From Candidatus Yonathbacteria bacterium (GTDB taxonomy: Bacteria > Patescibacteriota > Minisyncoccia > Phycocordibacterales > JACNGX01), in NCBI GenBank assembly GCA_013334825.1, contig JAAXWR010000002.1, forward strand, positions 34,025 through 98,024: a DNA stretch of 64,000 nt. The letters are read 5' to 3'. Shown here piece by piece: positions 47,940 to 58,917 of the stretch. The notes below the pieces were generated by a model. It was given only the letters and a program-made list of their open reading frames with translations, was not told the DNA's origin and did not search any database. Position 1 is the stretch's first letter; every line of letters begins with the position of its first letter. The position numbers were made by a program, and so were the translations under genes.

Positions 47940-48422
47940 ATGAAAAATAGTAATCGAGGTTTTACCCTCATTGAACTTCTTGTTGTTATTGCCATTATTG
48001 GTATTTTGTCTTCCGTTGTGTTGGCATCACTCAACTCCGCTCGTGAAAAGTCACGTGACGCAAAACGTGTCTCTGATATTAAACAACTTCAACTTGCGTT
48101 GGAACTTTATTATGATACCAATCAGGAATATCCTGATGTATTAACAAGTCTTGCATCTACATATATTGCTAATGTGCCAACAGATAACAGTGTACCCTAT
48201 CTGTACGACAATTTAACATCTGCCGGTGCGGCGTGTTCAGCAGCCTCAGGTGTTTGCTCAACATACCACCTTGCAGCGAACCTCGAACAAGAGACCACTC
48301 ACGCGGCATTTCAAGGAGATGCTGACTGGAACAACACCCCAGTTGATAGCATCACAGAAGAAGATGGTACGGGATGTACCTCAAGTGCTGCTGGTTATGG
48401 ATGTTATGATGTTCGCAACTAA
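47940..48422 (+). CDS. pilA: Type IV major pilin
   Basis: Class III leader plus 'GFTLIELLVVIAIIGIL' N-methylation/cleavage motif. Confidence 0.8.
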   Translation: MKNSNRGFTLIELLVVIAIIGILSSVVLASLNSAREKSRDAKRVSDIKQLQLALELYYDTNQEYPDVLTSLASTYIANVPTDNSVPYLYDNLTSAGAACSAASGVCSTYHLAANLEQETTHAAFQGDADWNNTPVDSITEEDGTGCTSSAAGYGCYDVRN

Positions 48423-48508
48423 GAAACATCTTTGAACATGATAATAGGGATTTTTCCCACAGTCAAAAACCTCCGCTTACGGAGGTTTTTGGTGTATACT
48501 ATATAAAC

Positions 48509-49348
48509 ATGGTTGACATAATATTTCTTTTAATAAATGTGAGTATATTTTTATTCGGAGCTATCATTGGAAGTTTTCTGAATGTGGTTATTTTGCGATA
48601 TGGTTCTGGAAAATCGATTATAAAAGGAAGATCTTCTTGTGGAACTTGCGGCGCGCATCTTTCTTGGTATGACATGGTACCTATATTGGGGTATATTTTT
48701 CTTCGTGGGCGTTGTAGGTCATGCGGTATGAAAATAAGTCGACAATATATATTTGTAGAGATAAGCACGGGAATATTGTTTGTTTTTATTGCACAACTTT
48801 TTCTTCCTTATATTTTCAGTGGAACAGTTCCATTAATATTTCCTCTCATTGATACAATATTATTATGGGTTGTGGTGTCGCTACTTGTTATCATTACAGT
48901 CTATGATATGAGACACTTCATTATTCCTGATTTGTTTGTATATTTGTTTGCTGCAATGTCTCTTGTATATATCTGTTTTCCCGCCCTGTATATGGGGATG
49001 TGGACAATGTGGTGGGGAGATATTATTGCGGGACCTTTATTTGCTATACCGTTTGCACTCATATGGCTATTTTCACGAGGAACATGGATGGGGCTTGGAG
49101 ATGCAAAATTAGTTCTTGGTATAGGATGGCTTCTTGGTGTTTGGGGAACTATATCTGCTCTTCTTATTGCGTTTTGGACTGGCGCATTGTGGGGACTTTT
49201 TCTTATTGGTATACAAAAAAAGGGTGTATTGTGGGGAAGAAAAAAAACATTTACAATGAAAAGCGAAATACCTTTCGGACCATTTCTTATTATGGGAACT
49301 TTACTCGTACTCCTCTTTCATATTGATATAGTAAGTATTCTTTTTTGA
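48509..49348 (+). CDS. pilD: Prepilin peptidase PilD (A24 family)
   Basis: N-terminal Cys4 'CGTCGAHL…CRSCG', then a polytopic membrane domain with catalytic Asp regions. Confidence 0.85.
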   Translation: MVDIIFLLINVSIFLFGAIIGSFLNVVILRYGSGKSIIKGRSSCGTCGAHLSWYDMVPILGYIFLRGRCRSCGMKISRQYIFVEISTGILFVFIAQLFLPYIFSGTVPLIFPLIDTILLWVVVSLLVIITVYDMRHFIIPDLFVYLFAAMSLVYICFPALYMGMWTMWWGDIIAGPLFAIPFALIWLFSRGTWMGLGDAKLVLGIGWLLGVWGTISALLIAFWTGALWGLFLIGIQKKGVLWGRKKTFTMKSEIPFGPFLIMGTLLVLLFHIDIVSILF

Positions 49349-49358
49349 CAGATATAGT

Positions 49359-50057
49359 ATGTACATTTCTTTGTTACACCGAGCTTCACCATCTTATCAT
49401 AAGGCATTTACCCTTATAGAACTTTTAGTTGTTGTTGGTATTTTTACTCTTATGACAGGACTGGTTCTTGCAAATTATCCACGGTTTGATTCACAAATTG
49501 TTCTTGAGAATACTGCACATGAAGTCGCCATTGAGGTACGTCAAGCACAAAGTTACGGTCTTGGTGTTCGTGAGTCTGTGACGGATGCAGATGCATTTCC
49601 GGGGTATGGCATACACATTCCTTCGCTCATAGGAGGTTTTTCACGTAGTGTCTTTATGTATGCCGACATACCATCACTTGGCTCTGAAGATGGTGATATG
49701 CGATATGCGGGTGGAAATACATGTGTTCCTGGTTCAGGAGAATGTGTGGAGATGTTGACGCTACGTAATCACCGTATATACGCTATTTGTGGTAATATGA
49801 AAGCCAACCTCGGAGCGATTGCTCCCTTCCGAAAAACAACAGATATCGTGGCATCAGGGGCTGCTGCATATTGTAATAAAGATTCTCTTGATGTGACATT
49901 TACGCGACCTGATCCAGATGCTGTGATGATCGGATATGTGGGAGGTTCTGAAGATTCTTCAGCACCGTATAGTGATGCAGAAATAGTTATTGCGACTACG
50001 GGTGGTGATGTGAGAACTGTTGTTATATGGTCAACAGGACAAATTACAGTGGAATAA
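49359..50057 (+). CDS. Minor pilin/pseudopilin (prepilin-type N-terminal domain)
   Basis: 'KAFTLIELLVVVGIFTLM' motif. Confidence 0.65.
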   Translation: MYISLLHRASPSYHKAFTLIELLVVVGIFTLMTGLVLANYPRFDSQIVLENTAHEVAIEVRQAQSYGLGVRESVTDADAFPGYGIHIPSLIGGFSRSVFMYADIPSLGSEDGDMRYAGGNTCVPGSGECVEMLTLRNHRIYAICGNMKANLGAIAPFRKTTDIVASGAAAYCNKDSLDVTFTRPDPDAVMIGYVGGSEDSSAPYSDAEIVIATTGGDVRTVVIWSTGQITVE

Positions 50058-50075
50058 TATAAAATTTTATATACT

Positions 50076-50624
50076 ATGTTTTTTAAGTTTTCATCAACAA
50101 AAATAAATTCCCATACTCGTCCTCAAGGAGGATTTACATTAGTAGAAATGATTGTTGCGGTTGCAATTTTTGCTACCGTTGTTCTTGTTGCAGTTGGGGC
50201 ACTTCTGTCGATTATTGACGCAAACAGGAAAGCGAATGCACTTCGTGTTGTTATGGAAAATCTCAATTTTGCGATGGAGAGTATTGCCCGTGATGTGCGT
50301 ACGGGAGATACATATTCCTGTTCAGGATTGGGAGATTGTTCGGGAGGAGATTCACTTTCCTTTAAAGACCAAGATGATTTACCAGTATCATACACATTAT
50401 CAAATCATGTATTATTACGAGTGGCAGGAGGGGAGTCAATTGCTGTAACCTCGCCATCTGTATATGTTGAGGATGTAAGTTTTTCTGTGACAGGATCATC
50501 TTCTGGAGATGGTATTCAACCGCGGGTTCTGATGACAATTGTTGGGTATGCTGGATCGTTTGGAAAAAATCGTTCATCATTTAGTCTACAGACAACGATT
50601 TCACAACGTGACACAGATTCTTAA
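50076..50624 (+). CDS. Minor pilin/pseudopilin
   Basis: 'GGFTLVEMIVAVAIFATVV' motif. Confidence 0.65.
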   Translation: MFFKFSSTKINSHTRPQGGFTLVEMIVAVAIFATVVLVAVGALLSIIDANRKANALRVVMENLNFAMESIARDVRTGDTYSCSGLGDCSGGDSLSFKDQDDLPVSYTLSNHVLLRVAGGESIAVTSPSVYVEDVSFSVTGSSSGDGIQPRVLMTIVGYAGSFGKNRSSFSLQTTISQRDTDS

Positions 50625-50633
50625 TATGTTTTT

Positions 50634-51173
50634 ATGATGTCTATACGTACAAATCATTTTCACGTGAATCATACTGGCTTCTCACTTATAGAAACACTGG
50701 TTGCTGTTTCTGTGCTTATGCTTGCTGTTGTTGGTCCGTTAACGATTGCATCAAAAGGTCTTATATCTGCTCAGTTTGCACGTGATCAAATTATTGCATT
50801 CCATCTTGCGCGTGAGGCAACAGAGCTTATTCGTAATACTCGAGATACAAATATGCTTCCTGACATTGCTGTTCCAGAAAACTGGTTGAGTGGAATGGAA
50901 GCTTGTATGGCACCAAGTGTGTGTCGTGTTGATGGACTTTCAACATCATTTTCTTCTTGTCCTGGAGGAGTGTGTCCGCATCTTAAAAAAAATAATGCTG
51001 GTGTGTATGGATACGATTCAGGATGGACAAATACTCCATTCGTTCGATCTATCAGTATCACAGAAATTGTTCCAGGTGTCGAAATTGCTGCAAATGTAAG
51101 CGTTGAATGGCAGACAGGCTTTTTAAATAAAGAATTTACGATTACAGAGCACTTCTTTAATTGGCGTCAATAA
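50634..51173 (+). CDS. Minor pilin/pseudopilin
   Basis: 'TGFSLIETLVAVSVLMLAV' motif. Confidence 0.65.
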   Translation: MMSIRTNHFHVNHTGFSLIETLVAVSVLMLAVVGPLTIASKGLISAQFARDQIIAFHLAREATELIRNTRDTNMLPDIAVPENWLSGMEACMAPSVCRVDGLSTSFSSCPGGVCPHLKKNNAGVYGYDSGWTNTPFVRSISITEIVPGVEIAANVSVEWQTGFLNKEFTITEHFFNWRQ

Positions 51174-51719
51174 ATGTATATGAAAAATATTTCTGTTTAT
51201 CATCAAATATATGTAAAAAGAAAACAAGGATTTGTTCTCTTATTCGCAGTACTTGTCTCGGGTATTTTACTTGCTATCGGTTTAGGTATTTTTACGATTA
51301 CATATAAAGAATTATTACTTTCATCATCTGACAGAGAATCTCAGATAGCATTCTATGCAGCTGACTCAGGAGGTGAATGTGCACTCTATTGGGATGTTGT
51401 ACATCCCGGGTATGAACGAGGAATTTTTGGTCGAGTAACAGATACTGCTGTTTCTCCTGCGATTTCTGGAATAGGGAACGCACTTTGTTCAGGAGTAGAT
51501 ATAAATAATACATGGACAACGACGGGTTCTGGGGTGAGTCCTATTGAAACAGTATTCACTATTGGTTTTGAAAATGGATCATGTGCTGAAGTGACCGTTG
51601 TAAAAAAATATGATGATATCTCTGGAGAAAGTATAACGGAAGTTGATTCACGTGGTTTTAATACATGTGATGAAGGAGCAATGCGTCGTGCGGAACGTGG
51701 GCTTAGGATAACCTATTGA
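51174..51719 (+). CDS. Minor pilin (PilX-like)
   Basis: 'QGFVLLFAVLVSGILLAIGLGIF' N-terminal helix. It is the last gene of the pilin block. Confidence 0.55.
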   Translation: MYMKNISVYHQIYVKRKQGFVLLFAVLVSGILLAIGLGIFTITYKELLLSSSDRESQIAFYAADSGGECALYWDVVHPGYERGIFGRVTDTAVSPAISGIGNALCSGVDINNTWTTTGSGVSPIETVFTIGFENGSCAEVTVVKKYDDISGESITEVDSRGFNTCDEGAMRRAERGLRITY

Positions 51720-53771
<2,052 letters not shown>

Positions 53772-53808
53772 TAAAACATAAAGATGTATCATCTGTAATG
53801 AATGAATT

Positions 53809-54108
53809 GTGTATGCTATACTATCGTCCATGGACACAGACGCAATGAAACGACTGGCACTTCTCTGTCGTATTGACATGTCGGAAGAAGAATTGGAAAC
53901 ACTCCGCGCGGAAATGGAGCATATTCTCGGTTATGTTGAAAAGGTGAGTGAACTTGCGCCTGCTGAGCGAGCGCTTGAAGTAGGAGTCCATCACAATGTC
54001 ATGCGTGAAGATGGTACTCCGCGTGCGAGTGGTATGTATACGGAAGCACTTCTTTCTGCTGCTCCAGCACGGGAAGGTGATTTTATTCGTGTCAAAAAAA
54101 TTCTCTGA
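53809..54108 (+). CDS. gatC: Asp/Glu-tRNA amidotransferase subunit C
   Basis: '…LALLCRIDMSEEELETL…EHILGYVEKV…' is GatC. The stop TGA lies 1 nt before the gatA ATG. Confidence 0.85.
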   Translation: MYAILSSMDTDAMKRLALLCRIDMSEEELETLRAEMEHILGYVEKVSELAPAERALEVGVHHNVMREDGTPRASGMYTEALLSAAPAREGDFIRVKKIL

Positions 54109-54109
54109 T

Positions 54110-55546
54110 ATGGATATACTGCATGCTTCAATCAAAGAATTGCGTACGGCTCTTGATGCGCGGGACATCACCGCAGTCATGATTGCTGAGGCGTTTTTGT
54201 CGCGTATCAAAGAAGTTGATACTGATATACATGCATTTCTCGAACTATACGATGATGTATTGGAACAAGCGCGTCATGCCGACACGTTGATTGCCGCAGG
54301 AAATATCCATCCGCTTACGGGTATTCCTGTCGCACTCAAAGACAATCTGTTAATCGTGGGCAAGCACGCATCATCAGCATCAAAGATTCTTGAAGGATAT
54401 GTCGCGCCATATGATGCGCATGTTATCACACGTCTTAAGGATGAAGGCGCGGTTTTTTTGGGTCGTACCAATATGGATGAATTTGCGATGGGTGGCTCAA
54501 CAGAAAACTCTGCATATGGACCGACAAAAAATCCACACGATATGTCGCGTGTGCCGGGGGGATCGTCAGGTGGGTCAGCTGCCGCGGTTGCCGCGCGCAT
54601 GGCGCCTCTTGCGCTCGGGAGCGATACAGGTGGTTCCATTCGTCAGCCAGCATCATTTTGTGGCATTGTTGGACTCAAACCTACCTATGGTGCCGTGTCG
54701 CGCCGTGGTGTGATGGCGATGGGTTCGTCACTTGATCAGATTGGTCCGTTTGGACGTACGGTTGCTGATACCAAAGCGTTGTTTGCTTGTATTAATGGAT
54801 ATGATGCTGAGGACAGCACGTCTGTCTCTGAAGAGACTCGTCGCATGATGTGTGGTGATGTTCGTACGACGGGAGCAATGCGTATTGGTGTCCCTGAGTC
54901 ATTTGTGTATGGAGAAGGAGTGGACGAAGATGTGAAAGAAAACTTTCGTGCAACACTTCGCACACTTGAGACGGCAGGACACAGTATTGTTCCCATTGAA
55001 CTCCCTACATTTCCGTACGCGCTTGCTGTGTACTATATCATTATGCCTGCTGAAGTATCGACTAATCTCGCGCGTTTTGACGGTGTGCGTTATGGACTCT
55101 ATGTCTCAGGAAATGATTTACTTGAAGACTATATGAAGACGCGTGGTACGGGATTTGGCAAAGAGGTGCGTCGTCGTATTATGCTCGGGACGTATGTACT
55201 GTCTGCCGGATATTATGACGCATATTACAACAAAGCAAATGAAGTGCGTGAGGCATTGCGTGCCGAATTGGTGCAGGCGTTTAGTGAGGTTAATGTGATT
55301 GCGACACCCACATCACCGACACCAGCATTTCGTATTGGAGAAAAAGCATCCGATCCACTGCAGATGTACTTGGCGGATATCTTTACCGTGCCGGTGAATA
55401 TTGCGGGTGTGCCGGCAATTTCTGTTCCTTCAGGAACAGTGATGCGTGACGGGCAAGCACTTCCGCTTGGCATGCAGTTTATCGCGCCACATTTTGCTGA
55501 AGAGACACTCTTTTCTATTGCGTCAGAAGTTGAACGTCTCGCATAA
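54110..55546 (+). CDS. gatA: Asp/Glu-tRNA amidotransferase subunit A (amidase)
   Basis: Amidase signature 'GGSSGGSAAAVAA…GSDTGGSIRQPA'. I take the start at ATG 54110. Confidence 0.95.
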   Translation: MDILHASIKELRTALDARDITAVMIAEAFLSRIKEVDTDIHAFLELYDDVLEQARHADTLIAAGNIHPLTGIPVALKDNLLIVGKHASSASKILEGYVAPYDAHVITRLKDEGAVFLGRTNMDEFAMGGSTENSAYGPTKNPHDMSRVPGGSSGGSAAAVAARMAPLALGSDTGGSIRQPASFCGIVGLKPTYGAVSRRGVMAMGSSLDQIGPFGRTVADTKALFACINGYDAEDSTSVSEETRRMMCGDVRTTGAMRIGVPESFVYGEGVDEDVKENFRATLRTLETAGHSIVPIELPTFPYALAVYYIIMPAEVSTNLARFDGVRYGLYVSGNDLLEDYMKTRGTGFGKEVRRRIMLGTYVLSAGYYDAYYNKANEVREALRAELVQAFSEVNVIATPTSPTPAFRIGEKASDPLQMYLADIFTVPVNIAGVPAISVPSGTVMRDGQALPLGMQFIAPHFAEETLFSIASEVERLA

Positions 55547-55555
55547 TTTTTTCCT

Positions 55556-56206
55556 ATGGCTGAAACAGGAGGACCATTTATCAATCTTGAATACGTGTTT
55601 TACAAAGTCTACACGTGGATATTTGGTGTACCCTCTGGGACGGGAGAAACAGGAACGTTGGGAGGAGACGGAGGGGCAGGAACGATTTCCATGGGGGACG
55701 GGGGGCTTGTGAACACAGGGAATGGAGTTGATATAGAGATGCTTGTTGAAATATTAAAAAATATTCTTGGCTTTATTACGCTTCTGCTTATTATTGGACT
55801 TGGTTTTATTATTGTACGCATTTGGGAACTTCATAAGGAGATGAAGAAAAAGCCCACATTTGCTGAACCAGAACATGTTGAAAAGACAAAAGAAAATGAA
55901 CGATGGGAAGTCGTCCGCATGCACGTTGCATCGAGCGTTCCGTCTGATTGGCGTATGGCGATTATTGAAGCGGATAATATTCTTGATGACATGGTAAAAC
56001 GTATGGGATACGAGGGAAAAGATTTGGGTGAACGGTTGCGTGCCGTGGAGCCGAGTGATTTTCTGAGTATTCAAAGTGCGTGGGAGGCACACAAGGTGCG
56101 CAACAAAATTGCTCATGAAGGGTTGGGATTTGAGATATCTCAACGCGAGGCAAAACGCGTGATTGATTTATATGAACAGGTGTTTCGGGAGTTTGAGTAT
56201 ATTTAG
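55556..56206 (+). CDS. Hypothetical membrane-anchored protein with a Gly-rich N-terminus, one TM helix, and a C-terminal alpha-helical domain carrying an Rx4H (HEPN-like) motif
   Basis: TM 'ILGFITLLLIIGLGFIIV', and a C-terminal '…SIQSAWEAHKVRNKIAHEG…' with R-x4-H spacing. The HEPN assignment is tentative. Confidence 0.4.
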   Translation: MAETGGPFINLEYVFYKVYTWIFGVPSGTGETGTLGGDGGAGTISMGDGGLVNTGNGVDIEMLVEILKNILGFITLLLIIGLGFIIVRIWELHKEMKKKPTFAEPEHVEKTKENERWEVVRMHVASSVPSDWRMAIIEADNILDDMVKRMGYEGKDLGERLRAVEPSDFLSIQSAWEAHKVRNKIAHEGLGFEISQREAKRVIDLYEQVFREFEYI

Positions 56207-56530
56207 ATGTGAAATGAGAAAATAGAAATGAGGAATATGGGATGGGTTACGAAGTACGAACTTGTACGCTTGCCCTGCACCCCACGTGGCGTGCTGTGCA
56301 TCCTACGTGGTGCATAGTGCTAGGGAACATACGAAACGAGACTAGAAGCAAGAATCAAGAAGCACGAATAAAGAAGAAAACGATGAAATATGAAAATAGA
56401 AATATGAAATATGAAGATGAAAACTATAAACGGTAAACGATAAAATGAAAAAGTTAAAAAAAAGAAAGACAGTGTTCAATACAATGTAAAAAAATAATCC
56501 CGCGGCTTCCGCCGCGGGATTATGAGTTAC
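56207..56530. repeat. Composite intergenic repeat element (copy C). Includes a terminator AATCCCGCGGC-TTCC-GCCGCGGGATT at 56496-56525 that serves the minus-strand gene 56527-56700
   Basis: The module order is the same as in copies A and B. The R4 block 'GATGAAATATGAAAATAGAAATATGAAATATGAAGATGAAAACTATAAACGGTAAACGATAAA' is present. Confidence 0.7.
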
Positions 56531-56700
56531 TTGGGCAAGGGCATTCGGCGCTTTGCAGAAAACCATGCCCAGTATTTACTCATCCCTGTCCCATCAGGAA
56601 CAAGGATATATTTTTCATGGCGCAAGCACCTTGAACAGGTGCGCGTATGACCGGAAGTCATCCAGTCGTGTATCCCAAGAAAACATAAGATTTTTCCCAT
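56527..56700 (-). CDS. Small zinc-ribbon protein (57 aa), phage-type C-x-x-C … CxRCG family
   Basis: 'MGKILCFLGIHDWMTSGHTRTCSRCLRHEKY…'. It is a paralogue of the next small gene (shared C-F-x-x-H-x-[WY] … C-x-[RK]-C-G pattern). Confidence 0.45.
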   Translation of the reverse strand: MGKILCFLGIHDWMTSGHTRTCSRCLRHEKYILVPDGTGMSKYWAWFSAKRRMPLPK

Positions 56701-56730
56701 AATGTAGCTCCTCATGATGTTTTGTTTTAA

Positions 56731-56834
56731 GAAAGAACTAAAACTTTTTGAGTATTCGATTCACAGAGAATCAAATCCTCAAAAAGTTGCCGGAGGAGGG
56801 GAGAAAAAATTTCCTCTCCTCCGGCTGTGGCTAT
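56731..56834. repeat. Direct repeat 1 (about 103 bp): a stop-codon-plus-terminator cassette shared by two minus-strand genes
   Basis: Near-identical to 57105-57207. It contains the palindrome CCGGAGGAGGGGAGAAAAAATTTCCTCTCCTCCGG and ends exactly with the stop codon (cta) of gene 56831-57073. Confidence 0.75.
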
Positions 56835-57073
56835 CCCGGGTTTTCTATTCCTACGCAACGGAACGCCGCTGCAATCTCCTCATGGTGGACATTCTGGGAC
56901 TCCTCCCTGAATGTCCACTTTATTTTTCCACATTTTTCGCAGCGGGACATCACTGCGAATTGTGAAACATGTGCCCTGTAAACGAACGACAAGCGTCCTT
57001 CTATCAGGGCTGGACATTCAAATTTGTCCACAAGAACCCTCTTGGTTTCCGTATATTTGTGTTTAAAACACAT
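56831..57073 (-). CDS. Small zinc-ribbon protein (about 80 aa), paralogue of 56527-56700
   Basis: 'MCFKHKYTETKRVLVDKFECPALIEG…MSRCEKCGKIKW…'. The start is inferred at the internal Met. Confidence 0.4.
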   Translation of the reverse strand: MCFKHKYTETKRVLVDKFECPALIEGRLSFVYRAHVSQFAVMSRCEKCGKIKWTFREESQNVHHEEIAAAFRCVGIENPG

Positions 57074-57104
57074 AATAAGCTCCTTTTTATTATTTTCTTT
57101 TTTG

Positions 57105-57207
57105 AGAAGAACTACAACTCTTTGAGTATTCGATTCACAGAGAATCAAATCCTCAAAAAGTTGCCGGAGGAGGGGAGAAAAAATTTCCTCTCCTCCGGCT
57201 GTGGCTA
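57105..57207. repeat. Direct repeat 2 (about 103 bp), the same stop-plus-terminator cassette at the 3' end of the DEDDh exonuclease gene
   Basis: About 96% identical to 56731-56834. It ends with the exonuclease stop codon. Confidence 0.75.
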
Positions 57208-57723
57208 TTTGACGAGGTGGCGGTACACCGCCGCTGCGACAGCGGAGTCGTAGAGCGGATTGTGTGTCCCGCCCTCAAACTCGCCGACCGATAGTCCGTG
57301 CTTGGCGACAAACTTGTCCACTGAGGTGGGGTCTGCGCCGGCAGCCTGCAGATTTCCGCTGACATCGTAGAGCGGGAACGGGCCGTCCCAGTCCCCGATG
57401 AGGTCAAGCTCATGCATGTCGCGCAAGAGTTTGGCCTCGACGATGTAGCCCATGTGGACCACGACGTCGGCCTCACCCTTGTTCGCCATGTAGAACGTGG
57501 CAAAATCACGGAGCATTGAAGAGTAATCCTCGTGTGTCACCGTGATACCCTGTACCTGGGGCAGGGTGTTCTCACGGCTCCACTGGTCGGTTACAACCGA
57601 TTCAGGAAGCCGCGCCTCAAAGCGGGCGATCTCGACACCGTTCTCGTCGTAGACGAGGGCGCCGATTGCCCACGCCTGTCCCCAGAGACCGTTGGTCTCC
57701 GCGTCAAAAGAAAAAATTTTCAT
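57205..57723 (-). CDS. DEDDh-family 3'-5' exonuclease (oligoribonuclease/epsilon-like), GC-rich
   Basis: Exo I 'FDAETNGL', Exo III 'HNPLYDSAVAAAVY' (H-x4-D). The gene's GC content (about 60%) is clearly above the window average of about 45%. Confidence 0.7.
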   Translation of the reverse strand: MKIFSFDAETNGLWGQAWAIGALVYDENGVEIARFEARLPESVVTDQWSRENTLPQVQGITVTHEDYSSMLRDFATFYMANKGEADVVVHMGYIVEAKLLRDMHELDLIGDWDGPFPLYDVSGNLQAAGADPTSVDKFVAKHGLSVGEFEGGTHNPLYDSAVAAAVYRHLVK

Positions 57724-57929
57724 ATTTCTTTAGTTGTGGCCACATGTGTGACCGTTTTAAAAAATCTTGATTTACTTTTCAAATCCCCTGTGGGTGCAAT
57801 AAGATATCTTTTTCTATTATAGCATATATCACATATATTGTCAATCATTTCTGCTTGCGCTGTTTGGGGTGATGTGGTAATATATTTTTGCAAAGCCGAC
57901 AGGGCTTTTTCATTTATTGATAATCATAT

Positions 57930-58000
57930 AGGGGGGTAGAGAAGTAGTATCTCGGGAGGCTCATAACCTCCAGACCTAGGTGCAATTCCTGGCCCCCCTA
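57930..58000 (+). tRNA. Candidate tRNA with CAT anticodon (Met/fMet/Ile2-lysidine class), atypical T-loop
   Basis: Fold: acceptor AGGGGGG/CCCCCCT, D-stem GAGA/TCTC, anticodon stem GGAGG/CCTCC with loop CTCATAA, T-stem CTAGG/CCTGG with loop TGCAATT, discriminator A. A strong terminator follows at 58008-58045. Confidence 0.45.
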
Positions 58001-58167
58001 CACCCAAACTCAAAAACGACACTATTTGTGTCGTTTTTGAGTTTTAGGGCGCAAGTTGTCTTTTTCCATAATTCATTATTCATAATTCACATCCCGTTTT
58101 CTTGATTCGAATAATGTATTAAGTAAAAGTTGAGTCTTCTTGGGAAAAGTGATATTCTGTAGTCCGT

Positions 58168-58244
58168 TGCCGGGGTAGCTCAGTTGGTTAGAGCATAGCA
58201 CTCATAAAGCTAAGGTCGTGGGTTCGATCCCCACCCCCGGCACC
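58168..58244 (+). tRNA. tRNA-Met (CAT) elongator-type or tRNA-Ile2 (lysidine)
   Basis: Cloverleaf: acceptor GCCGGGG/CCCCGGC, D-arm GCTC-AGTTGGTTA-GAGC, anticodon loop CTCATAA, T-arm GTGGG-TTCGATC-CCCAC, discriminator A. A G1-C72 pair argues against the initiator type. Confidence 0.85.
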
Positions 58245-58343
58245 CAGCTCCACTTTCATGGATGACGCATGTAGTATGCTTGCGTTTGTTGTTGCGACTA
58301 TAATTTTTGGTGATTTATCTTCTGTTATGAAAGTGGGGCTGGG
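58244..58343. repeat. 100-nt palindromic element, copy 2, with termini CCAGCTCCACTTTCAT / ATGAAAGTGGGGCTGG, abutting the tRNA-Met 3' end
   Basis: The termini and the length are identical to 13722-13821. The interior is unrelated. Confidence 0.6.
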
Positions 58344-58603
58344 CGAAGTGGGGCAGAGCATACGTTTATATAAGTATTTTTTCCGCAATATTCCCCCAGC
58401 ACTATGTACCACGTGGATGCACAGCAGGCCACGTGGTTGCACGGCACACTACGTGAGATGCCGGGCAACTGCGTAGTATTTGTGTAAGTTCCGCGTGTTT
58501 CTGCGTTCATTCCGCATCGCTTCCGCGTCATGCAAAACTTGCGTTTCTCCTCATAATATAGTACCCTATGGTGCATCGTCCCAAGTGGGCGAAACACTAC
58601 ATT

Positions 58604-58762
58604 ATGTCACAAGATAGACTCATCAAATTGACCTGCACCGAGTGCAAACGCGTCAACTATTGGTCCAGTAAAAACAAAAAGACCAATACTGACAAGCTTG
58701 AACTCAACAAATACTGCAAGTGGTGCAATAAACAGACGAAGCATAAGGAAGCGAAGAAATAA
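58604..58762 (+). CDS. rpmG: Ribosomal protein L33
   Basis: '[52 protein letters not shown]' is an L33 zinc ribbon. I take the start at the internal ATG of the longer ORF. Confidence 0.8.
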   Translation: MSQDRLIKLTCTECKRVNYWSSKNKKTNTDKLELNKYCKWCNKQTKHKEAKK

Positions 58763-58798
58763 TCCGTATATCACGGAGATTCTTCGTACAAGTCCCAT

Positions 58799-58875
58799 GC
58801 GGCCGTGGTGTAGCCCGGTTAACACGTCGCTCTGTCACAGCGAAGATCGCCGGTTCAAATCCGGTCGGCCGCGCA
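58799..58875 (+). tRNA. tRNA-Asp (GTC)
   Basis: Acceptor GCGGCCG/CGGCCGC, D-arm GTGT-…-ACAC, anticodon stem TCGCT/AGCGA with loop CTGTCAC, T-arm GCCGG-TTCAAAT-CCGGT, discriminator G. A terminator follows at 58876-58917. Confidence 0.85.
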
Positions 58876-58917
58876 TAACAAGAAAGGGCTGGCTTTTGCC
58901 AGCCCTTTCTTGTTATG

